From contig CBDCTK010000002.1 in assembly GCA_965222225.1 (NCBI GenBank), positions 1,792,001 to 1,856,000 on the forward strand: a stretch of DNA of 64,000 bases, in the 5' to 3' direction. Positions 20,996 to 31,458 of the stretch are shown piece by piece. Source of the stretch: Candidatus Poribacteria bacterium. GTDB taxonomy: Bacteria > Poribacteria > WGA-4E > JAJDTR01. The notes below the pieces were generated by a model. That model had not been told where the DNA came from and did not search any database. It saw nothing but the letters and a program-made list of their open reading frames with translations. The first letter of the stretch is position 1; every line of letters begins with the position of its first letter. The translations under genes were made by a program, and so were the position numbers.

Positions 20996-21571
20996 ATGTA
21001 CATCACGCAAGAAGTCTTGAATAAGATTGAGCGCAAATACGGTGTGCCCGATATTCTTCACACCCGATATACGATGAATCGTGCCGAATTTGACTTGTTG
21101 GAGTGGAGCATGCGCAATGGACGGAGGCACGACGTGACATTGTTCATCTCCAACGAGGAAAAAGACAAGATAGTCGTTATCCGAAAACCGAGCTACCCTA
21201 AAGGCGTTTACCGTCCCCCTAGCGGTGGAATTGAACCGGGAGAGGATTTTGAAATCGGGGCGCGGCGAGAAGCCTATGAAGAAACAGGCTTAGAAATCAA
21301 ACTCCAGAAATACGCTCTCAGATCACATGTCGATCTTGCCTTTGAAGACGAGATTGTAGCTTGAACCTCTCACGTGCTCGCCGCTCGCGTAATTGGAGGG
21401 CGTTTAGAGCCTGTTGACAAAAAGGAAATCGCCGGTGTCCGTTGGGCAACAATCAACGAATTAAGGACAGATTTGTTGGTGAGACTGCAGCAGTCTGATT
21501 CCTCCGGTTTGCAATACCGTGCTGAATTACAAGATGCTACTCTCAAACAATACGGAGGAAAGGTGATATGA
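20996..21571 (+). pseudogene. NUDIX hydrolase interrupted by an in-frame TGA (21362-21364)
   Basis: Nudix box GGIEPGE..GARREAYEETGL; reading continues in the same frame EIVA*TSHVLAAR. Confidence 0.75.
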
Positions 21572-21572
21572 A

Positions 21573-23132
21573 ATGGATAGACAACGACGAATCCTGTGGA
21601 TTGACGATGAAATCACCGAATTACAGCCGCATATTTTGTTCCTCGAACATAACGGATATGACATCACTACAGCGATAAGTGATTCCGAAGGGTTGTCTAT
21701 ACTAGAATCAGAGATTTATGACGCTGTTCTGCTAGATCACAAGATGCCGGAGATGGACGGAATTCGCGTCCTGTCGAAGATTAAGAAGAGCCACCCTCAC
21801 CTACCAGTGGTAATTGTTACCGGCAGCGATCAAAAGCACGTCATGAGCACAGCAATCATTCACCACGTAGATGATTTTTTAATTAAACCGGTGAGTCCGA
21901 AACAGATTGCCTCCGTTCTCACATTTATCTTCGATCATGGCGCAATTAAGCAGGACTACACCGCACAAGAGTACGTGGTTGATTTCAATAAGCGTAGATC
22001 ATTCAAACAGCAAGTTGTTGATTGGAGAACATGGATTGATTTCTATGTTCAGATGGCGGAATGGGACCTGCGGTTGGACGACCTTGCCACAGCGGACGAC
22101 CTGCGTGAAACACATCGGCTAGAAAAGCAGGAATGCCAAAGTCATTTTGCACGCTATATTGAAGAACACTATTGCGACTGGCTGGTGGGCAAGGATTCGC
22201 CAGTTTTGTCAGTTGATGTCATCTACAAGTACGTTCTGCCGGAAGTTCAAGTTGGCAAACAGGTGCTCTTCATCGTGCTTGATTGTATGAGGTTGGATCA
22301 TTGGTTCACAATCAAACCAATCCTCCAACCATACTTCGACATGACAACCCACTACTACTATTCCATCCTGCCCACGGCAACGTCCTACGCGCGAAATGCA
22401 ATCTTTAGCGGGCTCTTTCCCCTTGAGCTTGCCCAGCGTTATCCGAATCTATGGACAGAAATTGACGAGGAAAACACAAGCATAAATCGCCATGAAAAAA
22501 ATCTGATGCGCATGCAGCTTGAACGCCATGGCATTGTGCTGAAACCTGCTCCACAGTATTTCAAGATTTTCGATGTGCGAGGTGAGACGGAATATCTACA
22601 ATGGATTAACAGTGTTCCACGCATCAGCTTAGCAGCTCTCGTCGTTGATTTTATTGATATTTTGACCCACAAACGGTCCGAAACGAGTTTGCTCAAGCAA
22701 CTCATTCCGGACGAAGCCGCTTTCCGTACCGTGGTGCACGGCTGGTTCCGGCATTCCGGACTATTCAAAATCTTGAGACTACTCGCCGAACGGGGCATCA
22801 CTGTAATTTTGACATCAGATCACGGTTCTATTCTGTCCGAGCGTCCGGCACGCGTATCCAGCAGTCAAGCTGCGACCAGCGGCCTTCGATTCAAACTCGG
22901 TGCAGAAATCCATGTTGATGAGGAGGTCGGTTTGCGAATTACCGATCCAAAGCGTTACAGGTTGCCCGACGAATCAACTCAAAAGAACTATGTCCTCGCC
23001 AAAGAAGATTACTATTTTGTCTACGCAACCCAGTTCAATGACTACAAAGACCAATTTGTCGGCGGTTTCCAACATGGGGGTATTTCGCTGGAAGAGATGA
23101 TCTTGCCCTGTGTTGTGCTTGATCCTCGGTGA
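21573..23132 (+). CDS. Response regulator with PglZ/alkaline-phosphatase domain (PorX-like)
   Basis: REC domain (WIDDE, LLDHKMP); DCMR, SILPTATSYARNAIFSG, SDHG, FQHGGISLEEM. Confidence 0.9.
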   Translation: MDRQRRILWIDDEITELQPHILFLEHNGYDITTAISDSEGLSILESEIYDAVLLDHKMPEMDGIRVLSKIKKSHPHLPVVIVTGSDQKHVMSTAIIHHVDDFLIKPVSPKQIASVLTFIFDHGAIKQDYTAQEYVVDFNKRRSFKQQVVDWRTWIDFYVQMAEWDLRLDDLATADDLRETHRLEKQECQSHFARYIEEHYCDWLVGKDSPVLSVDVIYKYVLPEVQVGKQVLFIVLDCMRLDHWFTIKPILQPYFDMTTHYYYSILPTATSYARNAIFSGLFPLELAQRYPNLWTEIDEENTSINRHEKNLMRMQLERHGIVLKPAPQYFKIFDVRGETEYLQWINSVPRISLAALVVDFIDILTHKRSETSLLKQLIPDEAAFRTVVHGWFRHSGLFKILRLLAERGITVILTSDHGSILSERPARVSSSQAATSGLRFKLGAEIHVDEEVGLRITDPKRYRLPDESTQKNYVLAKEDYYFVYATQFNDYKDQFVGGFQHGGISLEEMILPCVVLDPR

Positions 23133-23290
23133 ATGGGAAATCCATTGTTATTGCTGACGCTCATCGTCTCATTAAGATTGTCTTTTGCGGATTGTAGATA
23201 CCTTTATCGCGCAAAGGTGTCTTCAATCCGCTTTTTTCATGCAGAGTTAAGAGTATATTCTGCTTAGATATCAAATAGGGGAGCGTAACT

Positions 23291-25198
23291 GTGAACACAG
23301 CGTCGTGTGTCAATGCCAAGCCAAGTTCTCACTGGAGAGATTCAAGGATGATTAGGAAAATCGTACCTCGCATCTATCGGTTGTTAGTTTTATTCTGCGT
23401 GTTCTACACTGGAACTTTGGGGTCGTATGGGCAGTTAACAGGGCTTGAGGCGCTCAAGGCGCCAAGTCAACCGAAAGACACTGTTCACACGGAAGGCGTG
23501 TTATCGGTGGATAAAGTGCAGCCCGGCAGCACTTTTCAAATTGCCATCGTGATGACATTTGATGAAGGATGGCACGCAAATGCGAATCCCGCCGGAGAGG
23601 GGCTTATCCCCACAAAAGTCGTCCTGCCGGAACACACCAATTTAAAATTCGGTGAAGTGATATACCCTAAAGGCGATGTACTTGAGATTGCTTCAATCGG
23701 AAAGGCACCCGTCTATCACGATCGAGCTGTAATTGGAATACAGGCGACTCTGGGACAGACCACACAAATCCAAAAGGTAGAGCTACCATTCAAGTTGACC
23801 TACCAAGCGTGCAGCGACGAGCAGTGTCTGTTACCGAAAACCGTCAGCGTGAATATCCCCATGGAAATTGTCGGCACCGATCTGCCAGTGCAATCAATCA
23901 ATGAGGAAATTTTTTCAAGTCTACAGTTCGACATGTCGCAGGATACAGCGTCCGTAACCAGCGGAACCGGGGAGTTCCGCAAAGCATTATCAAGAGGATA
24001 TTTTTGGGCATTTCTATTTGTTTTCATCGGGGGAGTTTTAACAAGCCTGACTCCATGTGTTTATCCGTTAATTCCAATTACAGTAAGCATATTCGGTGCG
24101 AGTCGGGACGTAAGCCGCTCAAAGTCGTTTTTTCTTTCAGTTACGTACGTTCTGGGTATTGCCGTAATGTACTCAATTCTTGGAGTCGCCGTCGCATCAA
24201 CAGGCGCAGTGTTTGGTCAGATAATGGCGAATCCAATCGTTGTCGGGTTTGTAAGCATCATCCTCATCGCACTCGGACTTTCGCTCGTAGGTGTTTTTGA
24301 ACTTCGGCTACCTTACGCCCTACAGAACAAATTGAACACGGTTGGCGGTGCAGGATTCGGCGGAGCCTTTGCTATGGGTACCGTTGCTGGAATCATCGCT
24401 GCGCCGTGTACCGGTCCTGCGCTTGGAGCGGTACTCTCCTTTGTTGCCACAACCGGCAATGCCTTTCTGGGATTCTGGCTAATGCTGACTTACGCCATCG
24501 GCATGGGGCTGCTCTTTATCCTGATTGGAACATTTTCAGGTTTGATCTCGTCACTACCAACTTCTGGTGGCTGGATGTACGTACTAGAGAACATCTTTGG
24601 CATAGTTATCATTGCAATGGCGCTGTACTTCCTAAAAGAGGTTGTGGAACCGCTACGTGCGATTCTTGATAATTCCGCTCCGATTTTCATCATTGGAGGC
24701 GTCCTATTGCTCCTTGGTGTGATTCTAGGGAAATTCACCCGGCGATTTAGGGACCTACCTCGAACAGCGCAACTGCGCAAATCGGTAGGCGTTCTTTCCG
24801 CCGTTCTTGGACTGTATGTAATCGTTGGCGCATTTACTGTAGTAGAAGATACATTTGATTGGACTCATGATGAGACTCAAGGGTTGGAAGAAGCGCGCGA
24901 ATCCAAGAAACCTACTGTCATTGATTTCTACGCGACGTGGTGTGGGGCTTGCGTTGAACTCGACAAATTCACCTTTTCCGACCCGGAGGTTAGATCTAGA
25001 TTAGAAGATTTTGTCAAGATTAAGCTCGATTTCAGCCGAAGTTCGGAGCAAGTTGAAGAACTTAAGAAGAAATATGGCATCGTTGGTTTGCCAGTTGTAC
25101 TTTTCCTGGATTCGGAGGGAAAACCGTTGAAGCGACTTGAGAAATTCGTTGGTCCGAAAGAGTTTCTTAAAATCCTAGATGAAATTGAACAAAGCTAA
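23291..25198 (+). CDS. dsbD: Thiol:disulfide interchange protein
   Basis: QACSDEQC N-domain, LTPCVYP/APCTGP TM cysteines, WCGAC thioredoxin. Confidence 0.9.
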   Translation: MNTASCVNAKPSSHWRDSRMIRKIVPRIYRLLVLFCVFYTGTLGSYGQLTGLEALKAPSQPKDTVHTEGVLSVDKVQPGSTFQIAIVMTFDEGWHANANPAGEGLIPTKVVLPEHTNLKFGEVIYPKGDVLEIASIGKAPVYHDRAVIGIQATLGQTTQIQKVELPFKLTYQACSDEQCLLPKTVSVNIPMEIVGTDLPVQSINEEIFSSLQFDMSQDTASVTSGTGEFRKALSRGYFWAFLFVFIGGVLTSLTPCVYPLIPITVSIFGASRDVSRSKSFFLSVTYVLGIAVMYSILGVAVASTGAVFGQIMANPIVVGFVSIILIALGLSLVGVFELRLPYALQNKLNTVGGAGFGGAFAMGTVAGIIAAPCTGPALGAVLSFVATTGNAFLGFWLMLTYAIGMGLLFILIGTFSGLISSLPTSGGWMYVLENIFGIVIIAMALYFLKEVVEPLRAILDNSAPIFIIGGVLLLLGVILGKFTRRFRDLPRTAQLRKSVGVLSAVLGLYVIVGAFTVVEDTFDWTHDETQGLEEARESKKPTVIDFYATWCGACVELDKFTFSDPEVRSRLEDFVKIKLDFSRSSEQVEELKKKYGIVGLPVVLFLDSEGKPLKRLEKFVGPKEFLKILDEIEQS

Positions 25199-25254
25199 CC
25201 AACATTTTACCTCATTCAGCGTCCATCTCAAACCAATCAAGAGTATATGACTCT

Positions 25255-26337
25255 ATGTCCGACAAAGCCCATGCTCCATCTCGAAATTGGCTGTCCTATC
25301 TTGAGGGTGCCATAATCATAGTGTTTATCGCACTGATTGTTGCGTTCACTCACAAAGGGGAAACACAATCTAACGCACCGCCCATATCGCAGGCACAAGA
25401 ATTTATCTCACAAGGGGACCAAGATTTCGCAAAAAAAGATCTTGGAAGGGCGGCACTCGCCTATTGGGAAGCCATTCGAATTTTTGAGTCGGCAAAACGA
25501 GACGACACAGAGTCAACCCATGGACTGGACAACGAACTGTTTCATGCAAACTTACGAGTAGCGGAGATTTATCTGCATAGCAGCTGGATCGAGGATGCGC
25601 GAAATCGCTTGGAACATGCAGCAAGAATTCAACCGAATCGCGTTGAAGTGCATCTGCTGCGTGGCAAACTTGAGCGTGATGACGGAGAACGGTTGTCGAC
25701 TGCGAACGAGTTTCTGGCTGCGGTCGAGATGGATCCGACCCATGCAGAAGCACGCTATCTTCTAGGTCTCCTATATCAACGCAACAAGCAATATGAGGAC
25801 GCCATTGCACATTACACGACCGCCATTGAGAACGATGCCGAGTTGGTCGAGTTACCGTTTGAATCTCAGCCAATCGGACTGCAAGCCCGTCTTCAGTTGG
25901 CGCGAACTTATCGGCGGATGCTCCAAGACTATCGGTTTATCGATCGTGAGTTATCAGCACAGGAAGCCGCCAAGATTGGTCAAATGGAGGAGGCCGCCGT
26001 AGCTGTTTTGGAGCAGGCAGTTGATAGAAATCCGAATTTTGGCGAGGCAAAAAATGAACTCATTGACCTACTTGTATCGCGCGCTTTAATCATTGAACGA
26101 CAAGGTGATACCCGTCCTTACGACGAAGCGCTCAAGGTATATGAACGTATAGTCGAACTAGACCCAACCAAAGCGGATATATGGAAGAAAATGGGGGAAA
26201 TTTACGCCCATTTCATGCATGACAAGGACGCCGCACTTAAAGCCTTCAAAGCAGCCTACCAACTAGATCCAGACTTAGTAATTCTCGCCGAGATTGAGAA
26301 CCTTGAAGCTGATTTGGCAAACGAAGCAATTCAGTAG
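25255..26337 (+). CDS. Membrane-anchored TPR protein
   Basis: N-terminal TM helix and repeated TPR motifs. Confidence 0.8.
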   Translation: MSDKAHAPSRNWLSYLEGAIIIVFIALIVAFTHKGETQSNAPPISQAQEFISQGDQDFAKKDLGRAALAYWEAIRIFESAKRDDTESTHGLDNELFHANLRVAEIYLHSSWIEDARNRLEHAARIQPNRVEVHLLRGKLERDDGERLSTANEFLAAVEMDPTHAEARYLLGLLYQRNKQYEDAIAHYTTAIENDAELVELPFESQPIGLQARLQLARTYRRMLQDYRFIDRELSAQEAAKIGQMEEAAVAVLEQAVDRNPNFGEAKNELIDLLVSRALIIERQGDTRPYDEALKVYERIVELDPTKADIWKKMGEIYAHFMHDKDAALKAFKAAYQLDPDLVILAEIENLEADLANEAIQ

Positions 26338-26362
26338 GGCAACCAAACTCATCGCACATCGT

Positions 26363-26405
26363 AAGCCGTCTGGGAGTTTACACTTTCAGATGGCTTTTTT
26401 CTTTT
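26363..26405 (+). terminator. Rho-independent terminator
   Basis: AAGCCGTCTG..CAGATGGCTT stem followed by a T-run. Confidence 0.7.
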
Positions 26406-26776
26406 CTCTTCGGCCAAAAGATACTAATCCGCCTACCTGTTTTTAATTTCAAGCTTATTACAGAGTCATGCACACGGTTGCGTCACAAAGGAAGATTGTC
26501 TTTGGTGCTGTCAATAGGCGCACATTCAACCAAAGTCGAGAGTGGTAACCAGCTCCAGTCCATTCATTGCTCGCGAATTAGGTTGTATTTCAAATAATGG
26601 ACACCGTTGTTCAGAAGTTGAACATGGACACATTTTATTGATAGATACAGACGGGAAAAACCCGCCTAAAGGTGCACCTTCCAGCTTTGACCCCTTTGGC
26701 ACATAATTTGCGCTACGATGAGTATACGATTCCAAAACTTCAACCATCCAAGCAAGTTATGTAAGGAGAACGACCG

Positions 26777-29089
26777 ATGACAACCACAGGAATACAACTA
26801 TTAATAGGATTCGGACTTCTTCTCATTTGGACCTCGCTCGCCCATGTTCGGGCAGACGAAGGAAAGGACAATCCAATTCTATTTGAGGAAATCACCGTCA
26901 TCACCCGCGTTGAGAAAGATACTTTTCGAACCCCATATGCTATTTCAGTCATTGACCGGTCACAGATTGAGCGCATAAACGCCGACATTACCCCGCGCAT
27001 CCTTAGAGACACGGTGGGCGTTTGGGCACAACAAACCACAACTGGGCAGGGATCGCCGCTGCTTCGCGGTCTCACCGGCTATCAAGCCTTTCTTTCAATA
27101 GATGGTGTCCGACTCAATAACTCGACTTTCCGCTCCGGTCCTAATCAATATTTGGCGACAATTAGCGCCGATACGCTCGATCGAATTGAGGTACTGCGTG
27201 GCCCCGGTTCCATGCTGTACGGCAGCGGCGCCATGGGTGGTGTCATCAGCATGTTTACCAAAGATCCAATTCTTGACAGCGCGTCCGAACAGTGGAGCAT
27301 TCAATCCCGCGCCTATGGACGATTTGCGTCAGCCACGTCGGAGCGGCTCGGACGTCTTGAGGTGCTGGGAAGCAAAAAGCAACTCGGTTTCTCCGTTGGT
27401 GCATCTGCGCGATGGTTCGGTGACATTAACCCGGGGAGCGGATACGACCTTCACTACAAGAATCGCAAATTTGAGTTCGTTGCCGACGAACCAGAGGGCG
27501 TGCAAGTCTCCGATGCACCTCCCAAAGAAGTCCCCGATCGTTGGTTGATTGATTCCCAATCGCCTCTTGAATGGAACGCCTACGATGCCGATGCGAAATT
27601 CGCTTACAAATTGAGTGACGCCAGTACAGTCAATGTCGCCTACCAACTTTGGCGGCAACCTCAAACCCCACGCTACGATAAAATTGCGCCGCGCGAGTAT
27701 GACGAGTATTTCTTTGAGCCGCAAAACCGAGATCTGCTCTACGCCACTTACTCTTCCAACCCTACCCATACAGCGATTGACCAGCTTCGATTGACGGCCT
27801 CGATTCATCGTCAGAAGGAGGGGAGAAATGAGCTATTGCGTGATGCAACGGAGCGGCGCCAGCGATTCGATACCGTCAGTACATTGGGGCTCAGTGCACA
27901 AGCGATCAGTTCCTCCCTCCCGAGTCAGCGCGTCGTCGTGGGCGGCGAATCTTACTTCGATACCCTCTCAAGCCAGACCATCAAAACCGATATCAATACG
28001 GGTGTCGAAAAGATGGACGAGACAAAAGGACGGTTTATTGACGGCTCCCGATTCTGGGATGCCAACCTTTACCTTCAGGACGAAATCGCGTTGCACGAAT
28101 GCCTCGAACTGACGCTCGGTGGGCGATATACTCTTTACAACACACGTGCCGACCTCTCGGTGCGTTCCAATCAGTTTAGCGATTTCAACGAGTCCGGGAG
28201 CGCATTGACCGGTAGCGCGGGGGTCGTTGCAAGCATCAACGACCAATTAAACGCGGTTGGAAATTTTGCGACATCGTTTCGCGCACCATCGCTCAACGAT
28301 ACGACTGCCGTGGAAGTCTCCAATGAAGGCATCGATTCTCCTTCTCCCGACCTCAATCCAGAGACGGGATGGACCGTTGAGGGTGGGCTTAAAGCGCGTT
28401 ACCCGCAGTTTGCCGGATCGCTCACAGTTTTTCATGGTCGCATCAACGATCTGGTCACCCGCGTTCTGGCAGAAGATGCCTACGCCGAGCATTCGCGTCC
28501 AGACCTGATTCAACAACTCCAGCAGAACAATCCAGGAGTTGATGTCTTCGTTTTTGACAATGTTGATGAAGTTCAAATACAAGGCGTTGAATTGGTTGGG
28601 ACGGTGCCGGTTCAGGACAGTTTGTCCATTTACGGTAACGCCATGTTCACGCGCGGAAAGGTACTGCTCATCAATGGTAGAGCACCGGATCCCGAAAAAC
28701 CGTGGGAAGAGCGGATTCGTCGTGAGCCGCCGCTTAACGGCATACTAGGTCTTCGTTGGCACCCCCCTGACGAACAATATTGGGGCGGGTTCTTCATTCG
28801 CGGCGCAACCGAACAGAGGCGGTTGAACCGCAGCGACATTCGTGATCCGCGCATTCCGGGTACAACGCGTGATACCGGCGAGGTCGAATTCGACTCGGAT
28901 GGCAATGCCATTGGCGAAGGTTCACCGGGCTGGTTCACGCTCAACTTGCGCGGTGGAATGCAAGTATCCGAATACAGCCAACTCACTTTCGCTCTTGAAA
29001 ACCTGCTTGATAAGCGGTATCGCGAGCACGGCAGCGGTATAAACGCGCCGGGTTTTAATGTGATTGTTAGTCTCAATAATGTATTCTAA
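26777..29089 (+). CDS. TonB-dependent receptor
   Basis: Signal peptide, plug RIEVLRGPGSMLYGSGAMGG, ENLLDKRY, terminal Phe. Confidence 0.93.
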   Translation: MTTTGIQLLIGFGLLLIWTSLAHVRADEGKDNPILFEEITVITRVEKDTFRTPYAISVIDRSQIERINADITPRILRDTVGVWAQQTTTGQGSPLLRGLTGYQAFLSIDGVRLNNSTFRSGPNQYLATISADTLDRIEVLRGPGSMLYGSGAMGGVISMFTKDPILDSASEQWSIQSRAYGRFASATSERLGRLEVLGSKKQLGFSVGASARWFGDINPGSGYDLHYKNRKFEFVADEPEGVQVSDAPPKEVPDRWLIDSQSPLEWNAYDADAKFAYKLSDASTVNVAYQLWRQPQTPRYDKIAPREYDEYFFEPQNRDLLYATYSSNPTHTAIDQLRLTASIHRQKEGRNELLRDATERRQRFDTVSTLGLSAQAISSSLPSQRVVVGGESYFDTLSSQTIKTDINTGVEKMDETKGRFIDGSRFWDANLYLQDEIALHECLELTLGGRYTLYNTRADLSVRSNQFSDFNESGSALTGSAGVVASINDQLNAVGNFATSFRAPSLNDTTAVEVSNEGIDSPSPDLNPETGWTVEGGLKARYPQFAGSLTVFHGRINDLVTRVLAEDAYAEHSRPDLIQQLQQNNPGVDVFVFDNVDEVQIQGVELVGTVPVQDSLSIYGNAMFTRGKVLLINGRAPDPEKPWEERIRREPPLNGILGLRWHPPDEQYWGGFFIRGATEQRRLNRSDIRDPRIPGTTRDTGEVEFDSDGNAIGEGSPGWFTLNLRGGMQVSEYSQLTFALENLLDKRYREHGSGINAPGFNVIVSLNNVF

Positions 29090-29364
29090 TCATGCGACCT
29101 GCACAAAAGCGACAGAGACATAGGAAAACACCATTGATACAGCGCCCAATGAGATGCACAGAATTGTGTCGAGCAAGCGACGGGCACGTCGGACAGGATT
29201 CATATGACCACTCGGGTATCTGATCCTAGAAGCGATTTCGACTCATGCGAATTACGCCCTGATAATTAGGCTCCCATTGACGCAGACTGCGAAGATTGAC
29301 AGAAGGCGCTGCGACGCATAGGTTCCCATTGGATATAAAGCGTGGAAAAACTTACCTCCATGAG

Positions 29365-29427
29365 GTAGAATGGAGCGATGCGGTGGCTTTCCCACTTCCG
29401 AACAACATACCGCATCGCTCCGTCTAC
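29365..29427. repeat. GTAG-type REP-like inverted repeat
   Basis: GTAGAATGGAGCGATGCGGT...ACCGCATCGCTCCGTCTAC. Confidence 0.65.
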
Positions 29428-29469
29428 TGATTTGACATACTGCCCCGCTATGTCTGAGGAGAAAGAATC

Positions 29470-29868
29470 ATGAGTATTTGTAGATGTATACTATTCCTAC
29501 TCGTCTGTCTATCAAGTTTCGGTTGCGCTACGCTTTTTACCGAGCAGCAGTATACTTTGGTGGATCAGGAAGTGACGCCAGAAATTCTCTTCTCGGGAGT
29601 CGCTTATACCATTCCCGTAAAACTTGATGTTCGAAAAATTGTGATTCTGGGTTCCGGAAAAATTCAGAATATCGACATTCACGCTCGTGATGACAGTAAC
29701 CATTTGAAGCTGGTAAAGAGAGTACAAAAAGCCATTCAATTTCCATTTGAACTTCCGCTTAGGGCTGAAACGGACGCCATTAAAATCTCACATCGGTCAA
29801 CGACCGGGAAAGGCAACATTGATACGATTCAGTTCTACACCACCACAGAGAAATCTGGTGCGAATTAA
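29470..29868 (+). CDS. Hypothetical lipoprotein
   Basis: GAGGAG RBS; SFGC lipobox. Confidence 0.7.
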   Translation: MSICRCILFLLVCLSSFGCATLFTEQQYTLVDQEVTPEILFSGVAYTIPVKLDVRKIVILGSGKIQNIDIHARDDSNHLKLVKRVQKAIQFPFELPLRAETDAIKISHRSTTGKGNIDTIQFYTTTEKSGAN

Positions 29869-30834
29869 GAACAGGAATTAACTCGTTTTTTTTCTCTCAG
29901 TATCAAGTATGAAGAGGCCTCTCTCACCGACTATGACAAAGCATAGGGAATGCCAGTGACCGCATGGGGACAAATTAGGCGACGGAGTCTCCAAAAAACC
30001 TATACCAACGATTATACCTCTGTCCTTGATTGGGAATTTACCTGTTATTCTGTTAATCAACTTTCTTTGTATCCCTTTCATCGTGTTCGCAATCGAACCT
30101 ATCGGTACGATTGGGCGGCCATATCCAGAGCAGCACGCCTTCCTTTCCAATGAAGCCCTCCTGCGTGCAGTCCCAACTCACATTCAGATTGTGCATCCAC
30201 GTGCCGGCGAGGTCATCGGCGAGTTCGGCAAACGGGCAGATAGAAGCGATGTGGTGTTTAGTCCGACCACGGCGCATGTAGCAATTCTGGACTATCTTAT
30301 AGATTCAAAGACGACCATCGTAAACGTATGGGATGTCAATGCCCGCGAGCAGGTATCCGAGTGGGAGATTGCGGCACGGATAGGGGTGTCAGCATTCAGC
30401 CCGACGGAGCCGTTCTTCGCCGCCTCTTTTGACGATGAGATTCATCTGGAGAATCTACCACATGAAAACCAAAGGAAAAGCAACCCGAGACATCATCACC
30501 GAACAAGAACTAATCAACACCTTCGGTCTAACCGTCAACCAGTTTTGGCAGAAATGCCAAGACGCTGGCGCAGCCATGCACAACCGACCGGTCATCATAT
30601 CCCAATAAGAACAAGCCCTCCTCCGTGAAGCGACTCAGATAGAGGAACAGATACAAAACGCTTTCGGAACAACCATCAAAGGCTTGTGGGAACATATCAA
30701 GTCGGCCGTCATGAACTCCGGCATCACTAACCTTCAATCGGTCATACTGTCCAAAACCGACCGAGAATTGTTAAGCCAAGCCCAGAAAGACCACAACGAT
30801 AAGTGGAACTCAATGCTCTAGGAAAGGAGAGACA

Positions 30835-31086
30835 GTGAACGAACTCACCCTAGGACTTATCATCGGATTCATAACAACCGCACTGCTACTAGCAGGATTA
30901 ATCTTAATCCACCTAACCGACGCAGACAACCGCCTCGACGAATTTCAGGCGCGGAAAGAACCACCGCCCGAAGAACAAACAGCCGAGACAACCGCAAAGC
31001 CGAAGAAGGAAGACGACAACACCGCCACCGGCGCAGTCATCATCAACCAAGTCCGAACTTCACGACGTAGCATCCTCGGATTTTAA
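30835..31086 (+). CDS. Small phage-like membrane protein
   Basis: AAGGAGA RBS, GTG start, one TM helix. Confidence 0.55.
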   Translation: MNELTLGLIIGFITTALLLAGLILIHLTDADNRLDEFQARKEPPPEEQTAETTAKPKKEDDNTATGAVIINQVRTSRRSILGF

Positions 31087-31104
31087 CCCAAAAGGAGACC
31101 CCCT

Positions 31105-31458
31105 ATGTGGTACGAAACTGAACACGGAGATTTAGTCAACCTCAACCAAGCTAAATTCATTGAGATAGTCCCGCAATGGAAAGAGATCCCCAGCAACGAC
31201 ATAGACGTGCTTATGAGTACCCCCAACGAAATAGAGTGTTGGAAGGTACGAGCAGTCAACGACGACGACAGCATAACCCTTTTCAAGGGAACTCAAATCG
31301 AATGCGTCCGAGCCAAAGCCATCATACGCGACGGCTTACGAACCGATACACACAACTTCCTTGACCAAAACGACATAACCAACACCGTCAAAGAGCACAC
31401 CGAAACATATTGCAAAGTCTGTGATACCGACCCTTGCGAAGGGCACGCAGCCGGATAA
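31105..31458 (+). CDS. Small phage-like hypothetical protein
   Basis: AAGGAGA RBS; C-terminal CKVC..PC. Confidence 0.6.
   Translation: MWYETEHGDLVNLNQAKFIEIVPQWKEIPSNDIDVLMSTPNEIECWKVRAVNDDDSITLFKGTQIECVRAKAIIRDGLRTDTHNFLDQNDITNTVKEHTETYCKVCDTDPCEGHAAG

Noticed and set aside
21362-21364. UGA recoding (Trp/Gly code) or selenocysteine
   Set aside because: Many intact genes here terminate at TGA; the position is not an obvious Cys site and TAG interruptions also occur
26405-26776. Cobalamin riboswitch upstream of the TonB receptor
   Set aside because: No recognisable B12-box or GCCACTG/GGGAAG core
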